Origin: Candidatus Krumholzibacteriales bacterium
GTDB taxonomy: Bacteria > Krumholzibacteriota > Krumholzibacteriia > Krumholzibacteriales > WJIX01
NCBI GenBank assembly: GCA_046483305.1
Contig: JAWODM010000008.1
Span: 1-64,000 of the forward strand
Direction of reading: 5' to 3'
DNA: 64,000 nucleotides
In this document: piece by piece, positions 40,089-49,078 of the stretch
Position numbering within the stretch: the first letter of the stretch is position 1
Layout of the letters: each line of letters opens with the position of its first letter
The notes under the pieces: model-generated
What the model was told of the DNA's origin: nothing
Database searches by the model: none
Seen by the model: the letters and a program-made list of their open reading frames with translations, nothing else
Program-made: the position numbers and the translations under genes

Positions 40089-41204
40089 ATGCGGATGAAG
40101 GTAATACTGGCTAACAGTGAAAGAGGGATGAGGGGAGGGGAATACCAGACCTGCGCTCTGGCCGCCGGCTTGATGGAGAAAGATTGCCGGGTAACTCTGA
40201 TCTCTCCGCCCGGGGCTGAAATCGAGGATAGAGTGCCGGCAGGGGTTACATTATTCCACGCCGGTTATGAACTGATCCCTCTGAAGACTCCTCTGGCGGT
40301 AAGAAAGCTGGTAAGAGACTCCATGCCGGATATCATTCATGCGCAGAGTTCCAGAGCTCATACCCATATGAGAGCAGCTGCCACGATCAGCGGAGCATTT
40401 CCGCCTCTGGTGATAAGCAGAAGGGTGGCTTTCGGCATATCCGGAGGTATAGCCGGCTTATGGAAGTACAGGAGGGGGGTTGCCCGGTATATAGCGGTTT
40501 CGGATGCGGCCGCTTCGAAGCTCCGGGAGGGGGGAGTCGAAGAGGACAGGATAGAGGTGGTCAGAAGCGGCGTTGATACGGCGAATCTCGCTGCCGCGCG
40601 CCCCGAACCGGTACTGGCTCAGCGTCTGGGGATAAGGGATAATAATCTGGTGATAGGCACCATGGCTCCATTCGAGAAAGAAAAGGGGTATCCCACATTT
40701 CTGGCGGTTGCGGAGAGACTGTCTGCAGAGTTTCCCGAGGCCCGCTTTATTATGCTTGGAACCGGCTCCCTGGAGGGTTGTATAAGGAGTTATATCGGCA
40801 GCAGCTGTCTTCGGGGAAAGGCCTCGGTTGTTACAGACCCTGTTCCGGTGGAAAAGATGCTGCCCCTGTTTGATATTTTTGTCCTCTGCTCGTACAGAGA
40901 GGGGCTCTCCACGGCCCTGGTTTCGGCTATAGCGGCCGGGGTTCCGGCGGTGGCCAGCGATACAGGGGGGATACCGGAGGTTTTGTCAGGGGGGGCGGGG
41001 ATCCTGGCCCGGCCGGGGAATGAAAATGATTTCCATTCTTCCGTAAGGGAGCTGATCGAAAATCCCCGGAAGAGAGAAGAGCTTTCAATGAAGGGTAAAC
41101 ACAAAGCGAAAGAGTTCGATATATCGGAAACGGTAGAGAGGACCTATGAGATATACAGGTATCTTGCCAGAGAAGATGAAAGAGTTGATAATGATGAATA
41201 CTGA
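40089..41204 (+). CDS. Glycosyltransferase family 4
   Basis: RGGE.Q, IAVS, SYREGL and ASDTGGIPEV motifs. Confidence 0.85.
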   Translation: MRMKVILANSERGMRGGEYQTCALAAGLMEKDCRVTLISPPGAEIEDRVPAGVTLFHAGYELIPLKTPLAVRKLVRDSMPDIIHAQSSRAHTHMRAAATISGAFPPLVISRRVAFGISGGIAGLWKYRRGVARYIAVSDAAASKLREGGVEEDRIEVVRSGVDTANLAAARPEPVLAQRLGIRDNNLVIGTMAPFEKEKGYPTFLAVAERLSAEFPEARFIMLGTGSLEGCIRSYIGSSCLRGKASVVTDPVPVEKMLPLFDIFVLCSYREGLSTALVSAIAAGVPAVASDTGGIPEVLSGGAGILARPGNENDFHSSVRELIENPRKREELSMKGKHKAKEFDISETVERTYEIYRYLAREDERVDNDEY

Positions 41205-42045
41205 ACTAACAGCCAAAAAGGTGCTGATAACCGCCCTGCTTCTGGCGGCAGCCTGCTGCATCGGGACCGGCGCCGGGTCCGGAGAGGAAGATAGCAACAT
41301 AGAAGGCTTCAGGATTGTGAAACCTCTTCCGGATAGCGTTTATTTCGGGGTCGGAGAGAAGCTTGTCTATGCCATTCAGTACGGCCTTATATACGCCGGA
41401 GACGCCACCCTGGAGATCAGGAATATCGCCGTTCTTGATTCCGTAAAGGCCTACCATATAGTATCACTTGCCAGAACCAACCGGGCTTTCGACGTTGTTT
41501 ATAAGGTGCGGGACCACCATAAATCTTTTATCGATTATGATAATCTCTACTCGGTCAGGTTCGAAAAACATCTCCGGGAGGGGAGATTCAGAAGGGATGA
41601 ATCTGTTACCTTCGACCAGAAGAAACACCTGGCAATCTATGAAGACAAGGAGGTAGGTATACCTCCGATGACCCAGGACTTTCTTTCAGCTCTGTATTAC
41701 GTCAGAACGGTGGACCTTGAAATCGGAGACGCCGTTTATCTGGCCAATCATACCGGGGGCAAGAACTATCCGATATATGTCAAGGTTATCGGCCGCGAAC
41801 AGGTGGAAGTTCCGGCCGGCAGATTTGACTGCATCGTTATTGAACCGGTTCTGAAAACCAGCAGTATTTTTAAGCATGAAGGGAAGTTGACAATATGGAT
41901 CACCGATGATAACCTCAAAATGCCGGTGTTGCTCCGGTCCAAGGTGGTGGTCGGCTCTTTTGAAGCAAGGCTGAAGGAATACACTCTTTCAGACGATGAA
42001 CCGAGGATTCCTCTTATCAGCAGGGAAATAAGGAATGTCAAATAA
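41191..42045 (+). CDS. DUF3108 domain exported protein
   Basis: Signal peptide, FGVGEKLVY, QDFLSALYYVR, VEVPAGRFDC, IWITDD..KMPV; start 41191 or 41194 (ORF track 41146). Confidence 0.8.
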   Translation: MMNTELTAKKVLITALLLAAACCIGTGAGSGEEDSNIEGFRIVKPLPDSVYFGVGEKLVYAIQYGLIYAGDATLEIRNIAVLDSVKAYHIVSLARTNRAFDVVYKVRDHHKSFIDYDNLYSVRFEKHLREGRFRRDESVTFDQKKHLAIYEDKEVGIPPMTQDFLSALYYVRTVDLEIGDAVYLANHTGGKNYPIYVKVIGREQVEVPAGRFDCIVIEPVLKTSSIFKHEGKLTIWITDDNLKMPVLLRSKVVVGSFEARLKEYTLSDDEPRIPLISREIRNVK

Positions 42046-42982
42046 GTATGAAGAGACAGACCTGAACAGAGTCAGCACTCATTCCATCTCTGACAGAGAG
42101 AGCAAGGTGAGAATTGAAGATTTTGGAAAACCCGTTAAGGGAGGAAAGAGTTTCCGGAAATGGTTCGATTCTCTGCCCCGGCAGCTGGCCGGAGAACGGC
42201 TCAGAAAGCTGGTGCTGGCGCTGAGAAGGAACCTTTCGGCGGCGGGAAGGGAAATGATATGGATGACCGGAGCGCACGTCGTGAAATGCGGACTCTCACC
42301 TTACCTGATAGAATTAATGAGGAAGAAGTACATAACAGCCCTGGCGGTAAATGGAGCAACTCTGATTCATGACCTGGAAATAGCATATTTCGGAGAGACC
42401 AGCGAAGATGTGGCAGCCAATCTGGAAACGGGGATTTTCGGATTCGGAGAAGAGACAGCCTCCATAGCTTTCCGGGCTGCCTCCGAAGGAAAGGAGATGG
42501 GAGCCGGCCTCGGTGAATCGCTGGGCCGCCTTATTCTCAAGGGCAAGGCCCCTTTCAAGGATAAGAGTGTCCTGGCGCAGGCATACAGGTTCGATGTTCC
42601 GGCAACTGTTCATATAGCGGTGGGAACGGACATAATACATCAGCACCCCGGGTTCGACGGAGCTGTATGGGGAGAACTCTCCCACCGGGACTTCCGGATT
42701 TTCTCAAAGAGGGTCGAGAATCTGGGGAGGAACGGAGGGGTAGCGATAAACATAGGCTCCGCGGTTATCATGCCGGAGGTATTCCTGAAGGCCTTCAGTA
42801 TTGCCAGGAACCTGGGAGCCGGTTTCGACAGAATTACTACCTGCAACCTGGATATGATTAATCATTACAGGCCTGCCCAGAATATTCTGAAGAGGCCAGC
42901 ATCCTTCGGAGGAGAATCGATATCTATCAACGGCCATCACGAAATCATGATCCCCCTGCTTTATTCCGCATTGTTGTCCTGA
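42035..42982 (+). CDS. Conserved hypothetical protein, deoxyhypusine-synthase-like fold (inferred)
   Basis: GAHVVKCGLSP.LI.LM, NGATLIHD.E, ETSEDV, GTDIIHQHP, GSAVIMPEVFLKA, GHHEIM. Confidence 0.6.
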   Translation: MSNKYEETDLNRVSTHSISDRESKVRIEDFGKPVKGGKSFRKWFDSLPRQLAGERLRKLVLALRRNLSAAGREMIWMTGAHVVKCGLSPYLIELMRKKYITALAVNGATLIHDLEIAYFGETSEDVAANLETGIFGFGEETASIAFRAASEGKEMGAGLGESLGRLILKGKAPFKDKSVLAQAYRFDVPATVHIAVGTDIIHQHPGFDGAVWGELSHRDFRIFSKRVENLGRNGGVAINIGSAVIMPEVFLKAFSIARNLGAGFDRITTCNLDMINHYRPAQNILKRPASFGGESISINGHHEIMIPLLYSALLS

Positions 42983-43007
42983 ATAATTTACAGGAACGAT
43001 CTGAGGG

Positions 43008-43037
43008 TTGACAGTATCCGCCTTTTTGTGTTATAAT
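43008..43037 (+). promoter_or_regulatory. Near-consensus sigma70 promoter of the EPS locus
   Basis: TTGACA-18 nt-TATAAT with TGn extension. Confidence 0.75.
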
Positions 43038-43149
43038 GAAATCCCTATAGAAGGAGGTAACCGAATAGCCGTTTGCTACAGTTGAAAAGACACTTGTGAA
43101 AATGCTTTCTTAATTGGGTGTTAGTAAACTGGAGCAGACCTATTTTTAT

Positions 43150-43182
43150 GCCCGGGCCCTTTTAAGGAGCCCGGGTTTTTTT
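43150..43182 (+). terminator. Intrinsic terminator immediately upstream of the priming transferase SD
   Basis: GCCCGGGC-CCTT..AAGG-A-GCCCGGGT stem followed by T7. Confidence 0.8.
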
Positions 43183-43195
43183 AATGGAGGGAAAA

Positions 43196-43903
43196 ATGGC
43201 TGGTTGCCCCAACATCAAGCAGACTGAAATCAGAACAGGCGGCAGTTTTCAGCAGGAGGACAGTATCGCTTTATTGTCCGATTATAATATAAGGCAATCC
43301 AGATTTTACCTTATAACCAAAAGAGCGCTGGATCTGATAGTGGCCTCCCTGATTGTGCTGATGGTTCTGCCACTTGTTCCGGTAATAGTGCTTCTTATCA
43401 AGATGGATTCCAAAGGCCCGGTTCTGTTCAGGCAGAAAAGAGTTGGGAAGAACGGAAAGGTTTTTGAACTCTTTAAATTCCGATCCATGGTTGATGGTGC
43501 CGAGAAAGCGCTTGATTCACTGAGGCCGCTCAGCAACAGAGAGGGTCCGATATTCAAGATTGAAGAAGATCCAAGAATAACCAGGGTTGGAAGGTTTCTG
43601 AGGCGTTCCAGCCTGGATGAACTGCCTCAGATTATCAACGTTCTGAAGGGAGACATGACAATCGTGGGCCCAAGGCCGAATCTTCCTTCCGAGGTTGCCC
43701 AGTACCTTCCCTGGCAGAGGACCAGGCTGCTGGTTAGACCGGGCATCACCTGTTTCTGGCAGGTTACCGGCAGAAGTCACATAGGCTTCCAGGAGTGGAT
43801 GAGGCTTGACCTTGAATACATCAGGAAGAGATCGATAAAGACTGATCTGAAGATTATTTTCAAAACCTTTCCAGCGGTGATTGCCAGAAAAGGCGCTTAT
43901 TGA
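43196..43903 (+). CDS. Priming sugar (phosphoglycosyl) transferase, Bac_transf family
   Basis: KRALDL, FKFRSM, DPRITRVGRFLRRSSLDELPQ, VGPRP, PGIT..WQV; SD GGAGG before ATG 43196. Confidence 0.92.
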   Translation: MAGCPNIKQTEIRTGGSFQQEDSIALLSDYNIRQSRFYLITKRALDLIVASLIVLMVLPLVPVIVLLIKMDSKGPVLFRQKRVGKNGKVFELFKFRSMVDGAEKALDSLRPLSNREGPIFKIEEDPRITRVGRFLRRSSLDELPQIINVLKGDMTIVGPRPNLPSEVAQYLPWQRTRLLVRPGITCFWQVTGRSHIGFQEWMRLDLEYIRKRSIKTDLKIIFKTFPAVIARKGAY

Positions 43904-43907
43904 TACT

Positions 43908-43924
43908 CTGGCATACATCTTGCC
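43908..43924 (+). promoter_or_regulatory. Sigma54 (-24/-12) promoter upstream of wza
   Basis: CTGGCATACATCTTGCC gives GG-N10-GC. Confidence 0.6.
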
Positions 43925-43935
43925 ATATTTGGTTG

Positions 43936-43963
43936 TTGACAAGTGCTGCATCCAGACCATAAT
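43936..43963 (+). promoter_or_regulatory. Sigma70-like promoter upstream of wza
   Basis: TTGACA-16 nt-CATAAT. Confidence 0.5.
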
Positions 43964-44018
43964 TTAACAACGATTTAAAGAAATAGTAGTTATTATCTTT
44001 TGGCAAAGAGAAATTAAA

Positions 44019-44801
44019 TTGGGAAATAACATTATAAAGCTGCTTTTAACTCTGATCGTAGGGCTTGTAGCAGGTTGTTCGAACGGCAACAGGATTATAA
44101 CCAACCGGGAAGGCGAAGTTTCAGAAACGGTATATATATCCCCGGATTCCATCCCCGGTTCATACAAACCTGATAAATACCTGCTGGGCTACGGTGACAT
44201 GTTAGATATCAGTCTGCTGTATAATCAGAGTTACAGTAAGAATAATGTAAGAGTCAGGCCCGACGGCTACATATCCTTTCCTTACGTGGGTGAGATAAAT
44301 GTGAGTGGAATGACTGTGGATGAACTTGATGATTTGCTGACCGAAAGATTTTCAGAGATTATCAAGAGGCCCGATGTGTCGATAATCATCAGAGAGTTCA
44401 GGCCGATGAACGTTTACGTGCTTGGTGAAGTAGAAATGCCCGGAGCTTATCAGACCCAGGAGGTCGGGAATGTGCTGGAAGCCCTCTCCGCCGCAAGGGG
44501 GATAACCGAAGCCGCCAGAAGAAACGGAGTTCTGGTAATCAGGAAAACAGGTCCGGAGCATATCGTGGGTATTCAGATAGACCTGAATAAAATCGTAAAG
44601 GAGAGCCGTTTCGATTATAATATTCAGCTGGAGCCGAATGATATAGTTCTGGTGCCGCAAAGCAGAATATCCAGGCTGGAGAATTTCATAAACAGTTACC
44701 TATCCGTTTTAAAAGAGCCTTTCGAGCTGCTCAGGACCTATTACTATATAAGGCAGGCGGAAGCAACATACGAGCACTTTGTAGTACGTGGTGGGGAATA
44801 G
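44019..44801 (+). CDS. Polysaccharide export lipoprotein (Wza-like)
   Basis: VAGC lipobox, YLLGYGD.L.I, VRPDGYISFPYVG, VYVLGEV..PG, L.P.DIV.VP. Confidence 0.88.
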   Translation: MGNNIIKLLLTLIVGLVAGCSNGNRIITNREGEVSETVYISPDSIPGSYKPDKYLLGYGDMLDISLLYNQSYSKNNVRVRPDGYISFPYVGEINVSGMTVDELDDLLTERFSEIIKRPDVSIIIREFRPMNVYVLGEVEMPGAYQTQEVGNVLEALSAARGITEAARRNGVLVIRKTGPEHIVGIQIDLNKIVKESRFDYNIQLEPNDIVLVPQSRISRLENFINSYLSVLKEPFELLRTYYYIRQAEATYEHFVVRGGE

Positions 44802-44810
44802 TATCTGGCT

Positions 44811-46169
44811 ATGGATACAAGAAGGATAGAACATAAGGAATCGACGCTGAAGGATTTCATTGAGGTCCTGTTCCGCAGGAAATGGATGATACTGGCTATA
44901 GTCCTGTTCGCTACCATCACGGTGATTTACATGAATATGCGGGAGCCGGCCGTTTATGAATCCATAAGTACCGTTCTTCTGAAGAGGGCGCAGCCTCAGA
45001 GTGTTTTCGCGACATACAGCCGGCAGCTCCCCTGGGAAGAGGATGTTTCCTCTCAGATAGAGCTGGCCAAGTCACAGATGATACTGGATAAGGCTCAGAA
45101 GAATCTATCCGGCTATCTCCCGGAAGGTTATGATACAATCCCCAGGATAAAACCGGGATCGGTCAGCTCGGGGGTGGTATCCACTTCCAATGTTATCTGG
45201 ATCAAGTATACCTCCGGGGACCCGGTTCTGTGTGAAGCTGCCGTTGAAGCTATAACCAACACCTTCAGGGATTATTACTCCGAGGCAAGAACCCCTCCCG
45301 AGATGGAAGATTTCTTTTCCAGCGAGCTTCAGATGATCATGGAGGAAATAGAATACTGGAGGGATAGAAAGGATAATCTGGAGAAGAAGTGGGGACTGGT
45401 CGATGTGGAAATGCAGAGACAGAGCCTGATAAACCGTATGGATGTCTATGTAGCTGAGCGTGAAGAACTATCAAGGAAAAGGAACAAGTTGAAAGGTGTT
45501 ATAGGCAAACTGATTGAAGCATCTGAAGAGAGTAATATTGAAGATATGTACATCCTGTACGACGATTACCTGGGGTCGCGTACTCGCGGATCCAGCCTTG
45601 ACAGTATGAACGAAAAGCTGGGCGAGCTTAAAATGAGCGAGATTGAACTCTCAGCCAGGTATACTGATAATAATGAACAGCTGATTGAGATAAGGGAAAA
45701 ATTAGAGGAATTGCGTGAAATGATGATGGAAGAATTCAATTCCATTATTGCGGTTAAGAAAATGGAACTGGAAGTAATAGAAGAAGAGGAGAGGATGCTC
45801 AGCGAACTTATAGAGGGGCTGGCGATGAAATCTTCTCACGGCTCCGAGGTAGAGAGAATCAACTCCGCTCTTTCCAGGCTGAAGGCTTCCTATGAGGATG
45901 TAAACAATAAACAACTGGATGCCAGGGTATCGATGGCCAGCAATCCTGAATGGAAGGTCACCGTCCTTACTTCAGCCACGCCGCCATCCCGTCAGAGGAC
46001 CAAGGATTATGTGAGAATAGCTCTCGGCCCTCTGTTCAGTATTCTATTTGCGGTGGGCTTCGCTTTCTTTGTGGACAACCTGGATCATTCAATAAAGAAT
46101 GTTTCCGAAGCTGAAGAGGCCCTGGAGATGACAGTACTGGCAAGTTTCCCGGACACTGAGAAGAAGTAG
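44811..46169 (+). CDS. Wzz/GumC polysaccharide co-polymerase (BY-kinase activator)
   Basis: TLKDFIEVLFRRKW plus TM helix, long coiled coil, C-terminal TM, LDHSIKN..EAE..L...VLA. Confidence 0.85.
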   Translation: MDTRRIEHKESTLKDFIEVLFRRKWMILAIVLFATITVIYMNMREPAVYESISTVLLKRAQPQSVFATYSRQLPWEEDVSSQIELAKSQMILDKAQKNLSGYLPEGYDTIPRIKPGSVSSGVVSTSNVIWIKYTSGDPVLCEAAVEAITNTFRDYYSEARTPPEMEDFFSSELQMIMEEIEYWRDRKDNLEKKWGLVDVEMQRQSLINRMDVYVAEREELSRKRNKLKGVIGKLIEASEESNIEDMYILYDDYLGSRTRGSSLDSMNEKLGELKMSEIELSARYTDNNEQLIEIREKLEELREMMMEEFNSIIAVKKMELEVIEEEERMLSELIEGLAMKSSHGSEVERINSALSRLKASYEDVNNKQLDARVSMASNPEWKVTVLTSATPPSRQRTKDYVRIALGPLFSILFAVGFAFFVDNLDHSIKNVSEAEEALEMTVLASFPDTEKK

Positions 46170-46182
46170 CGGGCTGTATAAT

Positions 46183-47037
46183 ATGTATGAAGAATATTAC
46201 GGATTCAAGGAACTGCCCTTTAATGTGACTCCCGACCCGAAGTTTCTTTACAGATCTAACGGGCATAAGGAGGCGCTTGCCTATATTACATACGGCGTGT
46301 TTCAGCGTAAGGGTTTCATATGCCTCACCGGGGAAGTAGGTGTGGGCAAGACAACCATCATAAATGCGTTTATTGATCTATTTCAGCCCTCTCTTGATGT
46401 ATCATTCGTTTACTCCACGCGTTTTCCGTTCGACCAGCTCCTGTATCTTATATGCGAGGATTTCGGCCTGGAAGTCGAAGGCATGAATAAAGCGCAGATG
46501 CTCAACAGGCTCAGCCGCTTCCTTATCGAGCAGTATAAGAAGCACAGGAATACCGTTCTGATAATTGACGAGGCTCAAAACCTCAGCCCCGAAGTCCTGG
46601 AAGAGCTGAGAATGCTGTCTAATCTGGAAACCAGGAGCATGAAGCTTCTACAGATTATGCTGGTGGGGCAGCCGGAACTCGAGGAGATACTGGACCTGAA
46701 GGAGATGAGGCAGCTCAAGCAGAGGATCCCCGGGTTATACAGAATTTCCATTCTGAGCAAGGCGGATGTGGCCAGATATATCGATTACAGAATCAAGGTT
46801 GCCGGCAGAGGAAACGGCGTACCGAAATTCACCAGGGGGTCCATTGAAGAGATATACCATTACAGCAGGGGTATTCCGAGATTGATAAATGTTCTGTGCG
46901 ACAGGGTGCTTCTGGTGGGATATGTCTCAAATACCAGAAATATAGACGGGAACATCGTGAGAGAGAGTATCAGGGACCTGGAGAGGCGCCCCGCCGGGGA
47001 AGGCCGGCAGGAAGCCGGAAGATATAATAATTATTAA
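46183..47037 (+). CDS. ExeA-like AAA ATPase (PEP-CTERM/EPS-locus type)
   Basis: MYEEYYGFKELPF..TPDP.F, GEVGVGKTT, IIDEAQNL, GQPEL, GIPRLIN.LCD. Confidence 0.9.
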   Translation: MYEEYYGFKELPFNVTPDPKFLYRSNGHKEALAYITYGVFQRKGFICLTGEVGVGKTTIINAFIDLFQPSLDVSFVYSTRFPFDQLLYLICEDFGLEVEGMNKAQMLNRLSRFLIEQYKKHRNTVLIIDEAQNLSPEVLEELRMLSNLETRSMKLLQIMLVGQPELEEILDLKEMRQLKQRIPGLYRISILSKADVARYIDYRIKVAGRGNGVPKFTRGSIEEIYHYSRGIPRLINVLCDRVLLVGYVSNTRNIDGNIVRESIRDLERRPAGEGRQEAGRYNNY

Positions 47038-47058
47038 ATTACTAAGGGGAGAACCGGT

Positions 47059-47829
47059 TTGAGCAAGATATTCGACGCACTCAGAAAAGCGGAACAGAAC
47101 AGAAGGAAAACCAGGACTGGCGCCAGGAAAGTCCCGGGAAAGAAAAGGAAGGCGAGAGGGCAGGGAGGCGCGGATGCAGTTATCGCGGGACTGGACAGTG
47201 ATTTCACCAGGTCACTTTATACTCTCAGAAATTCAATAGATACCGAAATCAGGGATAAGGGCTCCCGGGTGGTTATGATTACCAGTTCTATAGCGGGCGA
47301 GGGGAAGACCACTATCACGGGATTCCTGGCCAGAGTCATCGCATCTAACGAGATGGAGAGCGTGCTGCTGGTTGATTGCGCGGTTAAGAATTCCAGGCTG
47401 GGGAAGCTGTTCGGAGTCGAAAAAGATAAGGGTATTATTGATTATCTGCTGGAGGAAGCGGAGATTAAGGATATCATAACCAACGCCGACCACGGCGCTC
47501 TGGACATTGTTAATACGGGGATAATCAGGAAGGAGAGCACCATTCAGCCTCTTTTCAATTCTGACCGGATGCGGTTTTTCATAAACCAGATGGCGGAGAA
47601 GTATGATTACGTGCTGTTTGATACATCTCCGGTTCTGGATGCCCCGGAAACCTCCATACTCAGTCCGCAGATGGACGGAGTGGTCCTGGTGGTGCGCGCA
47701 GGCAAGACAAAACGGGAAGTTATCAAGAGAGCGATGATGATGCTTAACAAGCAGGGCGGCAATCTGATAGGGTCGGTTCTGAACAGGAAACTGTATCATA
47801 TTCCGGAATTCATATACAAGCGGGTGTAA
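47059..47829 (+). CDS. CpsD/CapB family tyrosine kinase (stand-alone BY-kinase)
   Basis: MSKIFDALRKAE, ITSS..GEGKTT, LLVDC, YDYVLFDTSP, DGVVLVV, GSVLN. Confidence 0.88.
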   Translation: MSKIFDALRKAEQNRRKTRTGARKVPGKKRKARGQGGADAVIAGLDSDFTRSLYTLRNSIDTEIRDKGSRVVMITSSIAGEGKTTITGFLARVIASNEMESVLLVDCAVKNSRLGKLFGVEKDKGIIDYLLEEAEIKDIITNADHGALDIVNTGIIRKESTIQPLFNSDRMRFFINQMAEKYDYVLFDTSPVLDAPETSILSPQMDGVVLVVRAGKTKREVIKRAMMMLNKQGGNLIGSVLNRKLYHIPEFIYKRV

Positions 47830-47832
47830 GCA

Positions 47833-49059
47833 GTGAGCGGGATGGAGAACGATAGATCCCCCGTAAAGGAAGGCCGCTTCTTCAGCCTCAGTTACGGTGA
47901 AGGGCAATCCTCTGATAAATCAGAACACTTTAACCAGAAATGGTTCAGGCTTCTGCTGGACAGGATGATGGACAAGCTATTGTGGAAGACCGGCGCGGAG
48001 GGAATCCGCGCTGTTTTCCTGTGCGGCAGCCTCGCCACCGGCGAGGGGAGCGTGATTTTAGTGCAGGGCAAACCTTTGTTTATTTCAGACCTGGATCTGG
48101 TAATGGTGGTGGATTCCGGCCGGCTTCACCGGAAGATACTCGGCATGAAGAAGGAGCTGGGAGCGGTCTGTGAAGCGTCTGTTGAAGAAGCATCTTTCGC
48201 CGGCGGGGTATCGGTGGGAGTTCGCCATACTTCAGAATTACCAGGGTTGCCGCCCAGCCCGCTGGTAATGGATATGAAGGAAAGAGCGCTTACCCTGTAT
48301 GGGGATGAGTCTCTTAAAAACAGAATAGGTGTGGAGAAGGTTTCGGAAGCCGAAGGAATCAGGCTCCTGGAGAACAGGATTTCCGGGTTTCTGGGTTCGG
48401 CAGCCCTCAGGGGAAAGAATGACAACGTCAGTAAAGTTCTTCTGGCTTATTCCATCGCCAGAGTTTACACTGATATTCTCTCGGTTTTCCTTATATATCA
48501 GGGAAGATATATACCGGGTTACCGGGCCAGGCTTAAATTGATTGAACTGACAGAGGAGAGTTTATCTTATCCTGTTCCGGAAGATTTGATGGATAAAATG
48601 AATAAATGGACCGGGTATAAGATATCCCCTTACTTTCCTGATCCGGAATGGAGTCAGGAAGATCACTGGCAGAAGGCCGGCAGGGACCTTATCTACTATT
48701 GGAGAGTATTTCGCTCCGGTGCGGAAGGGGCAGGGAACCCGCCTGCAATCGAAGAACTGCTCGGGGAAGCGCTGAGCAGGCACTCTCTGAGGGATAGAAT
48801 AAGGCGATGGTCAGGAAAACTCGGGATACTTCAGCTTCTGGCGGGCCTGCCCGGCGCAGTGTTCATTAACAGGGGTATTCTGAGGTTCACTCCCCGGGAG
48901 ATGATCAACCTGTATGGTGTGGGAGTGCTGGAAGCGATAATTAAGAACGGCGAGGAATACGAGGTAAGGTATCCGGACGGCAATTTCGGATTCAAGAGCG
49001 ATAAAGCCGGCATTGCCGCCGCAGAACTGTATAATCTATGGAAGAATATCAATAAATAG
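47833..49059 (+). CDS. Hypothetical protein with a pol-beta-type nucleotidyltransferase motif
   Basis: AVFLCGSLATGEG...SDLDLVMV (hGS...DxD), followed by a helical region. Confidence 0.6.
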   Translation: MSGMENDRSPVKEGRFFSLSYGEGQSSDKSEHFNQKWFRLLLDRMMDKLLWKTGAEGIRAVFLCGSLATGEGSVILVQGKPLFISDLDLVMVVDSGRLHRKILGMKKELGAVCEASVEEASFAGGVSVGVRHTSELPGLPPSPLVMDMKERALTLYGDESLKNRIGVEKVSEAEGIRLLENRISGFLGSAALRGKNDNVSKVLLAYSIARVYTDILSVFLIYQGRYIPGYRARLKLIELTEESLSYPVPEDLMDKMNKWTGYKISPYFPDPEWSQEDHWQKAGRDLIYYWRVFRSGAEGAGNPPAIEELLGEALSRHSLRDRIRRWSGKLGILQLLAGLPGAVFINRGILRFTPREMINLYGVGVLEAIIKNGEEYEVRYPDGNFGFKSDKAGIAAAELYNLWKNINK

Positions 49060-49078
49060 GAACGGGGGAGTTGACCGA

